Below, piece after piece: positions 60,362-64,000 of a stretch of 64,000 bases of DNA. Origin of the DNA: the human T2T-CHM13v2.0 reference genome, Homo sapiens. The position numbers and the translations under genes were made by a program. The DNA is taken from the NCBI RefSeq assembly GCF_009914755.1, contig NC_060937.1. The stretch is one strand, 5' to 3'. Below the pieces are notes generated by a model that was given only the letters and a program-made list of their open reading frames with translations, did not search any database and was not told where the DNA came from. Positions within the stretch are counted from its first letter, which is position 1. Every line of letters begins with the position of its first letter.

Positions 60362-61679
60362 TTTTGGTATTACTCTCTTAAGGATATTACCAAGAGGACC
60401 ACCATCGCCTCCTACATTACAAAACACACTGTGGATGCTGAGCTTTAAACAAACTTAGCACTTGACACATCTGAAAGATAGAGGTGGCTTTCTCAAGGAA
60501 ATAATATTTAATATTAGCACTTATGCATGGGAAAACAGATGAAATAAAATAGGGAAATTAATGTGCAAGGGGTTATCAGAGACATGGAAGCAATCATATC
60601 ATTTCCATCTGAATGACCAGGCTGATTACTTGTACATGTAAGACTCTTAGATTTTTTTGATCTAAAAAAACTTTAAGAACATGAAGGCCCTTATTCTCTC
60701 ATTTGAAAGTGTAAAACTGAAACCCTGAGAAGTGCATTGATGAGGTCCCATTGCTAGTAAGTGTCAGAACTGAGACTAAAAGTGGATGGAAATGACAGTG
60801 TACCAAACATTGTGTTATAGCCATGATCTCATTTAATTTTTACAATAACCTTGTGATATGTGTTACTCTTTCACAAGTGAGAAACTAAGGCTTGCAGAAA
60901 TGAAACAACCTGGTTAGCAAACCAGAAAGTGGCTGATGTAGGAATAAAAGTTTGTTTGACCCTGTAAGATACAGTCATCTATTTTAAGAGTCCACCTCCA
61001 AGATCTGTCAACTCTTGGCTTAATGGCTGTGTTCAAATACAGAACATGTATTAGGGATATTCAAAACTAAGTGAGATTTCCAAAACAATAAAAATGAGAC
61101 ACAAATGCAAAATTTTTCCATTGAGTCAACATCTGTAAAATTTCAGGTTAAGAAATGGCTTCCATGAGTAGCGACAACCAAGAGAACAACTTATATATAA
61201 TTTAGGTCATTTGAACTCTAGAGTAACAGCACTTAGGTTGTGGAATGCTTCTGAATGTCTGCTGATATTTTATAAGGACATTTAGCTTATTTGCTGATAG
61301 GTGCATCTATCTGCATACTCACTTTCACACGTGGAGCATTCTTTCCTGATTCAAAACAATAGAGAGAAAAATAAACAAAGACATGAAGTATCTTCCTATT
61401 TACCTTTTAATTCTGAAAGATAATTATTTGTTTAATAAGTTCTGCCATGATTAGAGGATGTCAATGATTATTAATTATTTAAAATGTGTTTGTATTCTCA
61501 AATATGTTTGCATTTCACAAAGAAACCAAGCTCAGCTAACCTTGTCTTTTGTTAAGGCTTGCAATCAAATTTTTACTTCCTTAATAAACATTTCACTATA
61601 CTTTCTTGAATTCTTATTCATATTTATTCATGAAATTTCTCCTTTTCTTATTGTATCTTGTCTCATAGTCCCCTTCTTT

Positions 61680-62740
61680 CAATCACTCATTCAAAAAATA
61701 TTTATTGATTATTGAATGCTATGAACAGTATCCAGCACTGGTCCATAACAAGTAAACAGGACAGATTCCCTCCTTTCACAAAGGTTATATTCTAGGTATC
61801 AGAGACAGATAGTAACAAGCAAAATTAGCAAGATAAAGCCAGATGATAAACATGATGGCAAAAGTTAAACAGTTATGGATAATGCCTTGGGAGAAATTAC
61901 AGCCATGTACCATATAACTTTTCAGTCAATAGACCACATACATGATGGTGGTCCCATTTGATTATACTATGGTACTTTTACTATATCTTTTCTATGTTTA
62001 GATATGTTAAGATACACAAATACCACTGCATTATAATTGCCTATAGTATTCAGTACAGTAACATGCTAAACAGGTTAGTAGCCTAGGAGCAATAAGCCAC
62101 CTACCATATAGCTTAGGTGTGTAGTAGTCTCTTTCATCTAGGTTTGTGTAAGTACACTTTATGATGCTCATACAATGACAAAATCGCCTAATGGTACATT
62201 TCTTATATCTCAGGCATAAATCAATACATGACTTTGAAAAGAAGGCCAGAGTAGGTCTCTGAGGAAGGTGCTGTTGAGAAGAGACCGACATGGGCAGAGG
62301 CGCCAGCAATGCAAAGGTACAGAAATGGTGAGAACTACCAGGCAAGAGAGATGTCAAGTTTCAAAGACAAAAAAGCCCGGAATAGCTGGGGCAAATATTA
62401 GATAGAGTCAGAGAGCAAGGCAGGGACCAGACTCCAAAAGGCAAGAAAGCCATGATAAAAAGCATGGGTTTGAATGTTAGTTCTGTGCAGAGAATGGATA
62501 GTAGTGATGTGGCAACCAATGAAGACACCAGGTTAAGGTAAACCAGCCTAGCAATGATGGTGTTTGGACAAGCCCATCAGCAGTGCAGATGGTGAAAGAG
62601 AGAGATTGCTTCAGAATATATTTGGGAATCACAACTGAAAAGACCTTAAGAACCTGGTGGATGATATAACAGAGGAATCAAGATTGACGTGTCATTGGCT
62701 AGGGAAGGATAGTGGAGCCTGGCACCACTTCCTACAATGG
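61680..62740 (-). mobile_element. L2, interrupted by Tigger3a
   Basis: 'cactcattcaaaaaatatttattga' tail and purine-rich body on both sides of the MITE. Confidence 0.75.
61900..62234 (+). mobile_element. Tigger3a MITE
   Basis: TA then 'cagccatg...gatggtggtcccat...agtattcagtacagtaacatgct...tacatgact'. Confidence 0.88.
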
Positions 62741-64000
62741 GAAATTTCTTTTACAATGTAAAATTCTTTGACCATGACTATTATGCTCAAATTCTTTTTT
62801 AGTATAACAAGACTGGCATATATAAATGGTTTTCAATGACCATCATTGTCCCTGTTCATTCTCTTAAAGATTGTAACTGTAGCCAGCAATAGACTTCACT
62901 CTTTATGTAGGCCGTTATGTTGGAGGTCCTTGGATTGCATCTGTGCGAGATACTGTTAATTAATCATATGATATCACTATCTCTGTACAATAAGTATATA
63001 AAATATTTCAAAATTTGCTTTGGTCCATAAATGGTAACTAATTGATAAATACTCCAAGGAATAAATAAGTAATAAAATATATGCAATTAGTCACTTTAAG
63101 CATTACTGTCATACGGTGGGAGCCTAACTGTGTTTGAAAGCACTGTCTACATCCTTCTGAGTATTGTGCAAATCAAGGACATTATAGCATTGTAACGGAA
63201 GCATATAGGAAAGCACAAAACACATGTGCCACGTAACTATGTGAGGTAGGAAATCATCTGTGGAAAAATCTTCAGTGCTTTGCAGCCACAATTCTAAGAC
63301 AGACAACACTCTTGGGCTGTTATCCACATCAACTATTTACAGTTCTTCAAGTCTACTTAATTGTAGCTTCCAGTGCCCTTGTTACTTGACTGTCCTACTC
63401 AAAATTTCTCAAGGACCCTTGACTTCTTCCTTTTAAATTCGGCTCTGTATATAGATCTTTCTGAAAATCAGCCCAGTGTTTAAGATGAAATATTCAGGGA
63501 AAAGAAGACAAAAGTCAGCAAATGAGCTGACCCCACAATAAAGCAAACTCATGAAAAGCAAAATGTGTAGTTGAAAAAGTAAGCTTATGCTCTAATAAGA
63601 AAAAGAAAAAGGTGTGAAGTTTTATCTGGCATGTGTATTTTAGGCCCAATGAGGTTTGCAAACCTTTTCTCCAACTATTGCTCTGCCTGTTGCCCTGCTG
63701 TTATTTCAATCTAGCACTCCAGCCTGGATAGAACAATAGAGTGATACAGAACAACTTTTAACATTGCATTTTGTTTGTGGATCAGAGTGTTTTTAAAATA
63801 CTGTTTTCCCCTTTGTCTTAGAAGGCAATATGCAGCCAACTTCAGCCAATTGTTGGGGTATAGCCATTCTGCCTGAATATAGTATAAATGACTTCAGTGG
63901 GTAGAACTCCAGTGGGACAAAGAACAGGTGACCAAGAGTCATTCACCACAGATGCATGAATGGAAGCATAGCCATCACAAAGAAGAGCCAAAAAAAGGAA

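Overview
This is AT-rich, CpG-poor primate (human-like) genomic DNA, intronic or intergenic, and I found no prokaryotic-type system or intact long CDS. Nearly all listed ORFs are repeat-derived or chance. The window is dominated by interspersed repeats: seven Alus, a near-full-length older L1PA (~28.5-35.1 kb), a near-full-length HSMAR2 mariner, Tigger1, solo LTRs (MER66-, MER34-, THE1-, MST- and MLT1-like), and L2/MIR/CR1 relics. A repeat-poor island at ~48.2-52.4 kb looks like a non-CpG-island promoter with two small minus-strand exons (ending at 51053, and 50470-50539) and a divergent pair of CTCF-like motifs. A candidate 18-nt microexon lies at 13783-13800. I could not identify the host gene. 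The most unusual signals are local template-switch scars: a fold-back duplication of target DNA at an L1 junction, a 32-bp copy of nearby L1 sequence in an Alu tail, and several perfected palindromes. Repeat family names come from recalled consensus sequences, not a database search, and boundaries of old repeats are approximate.
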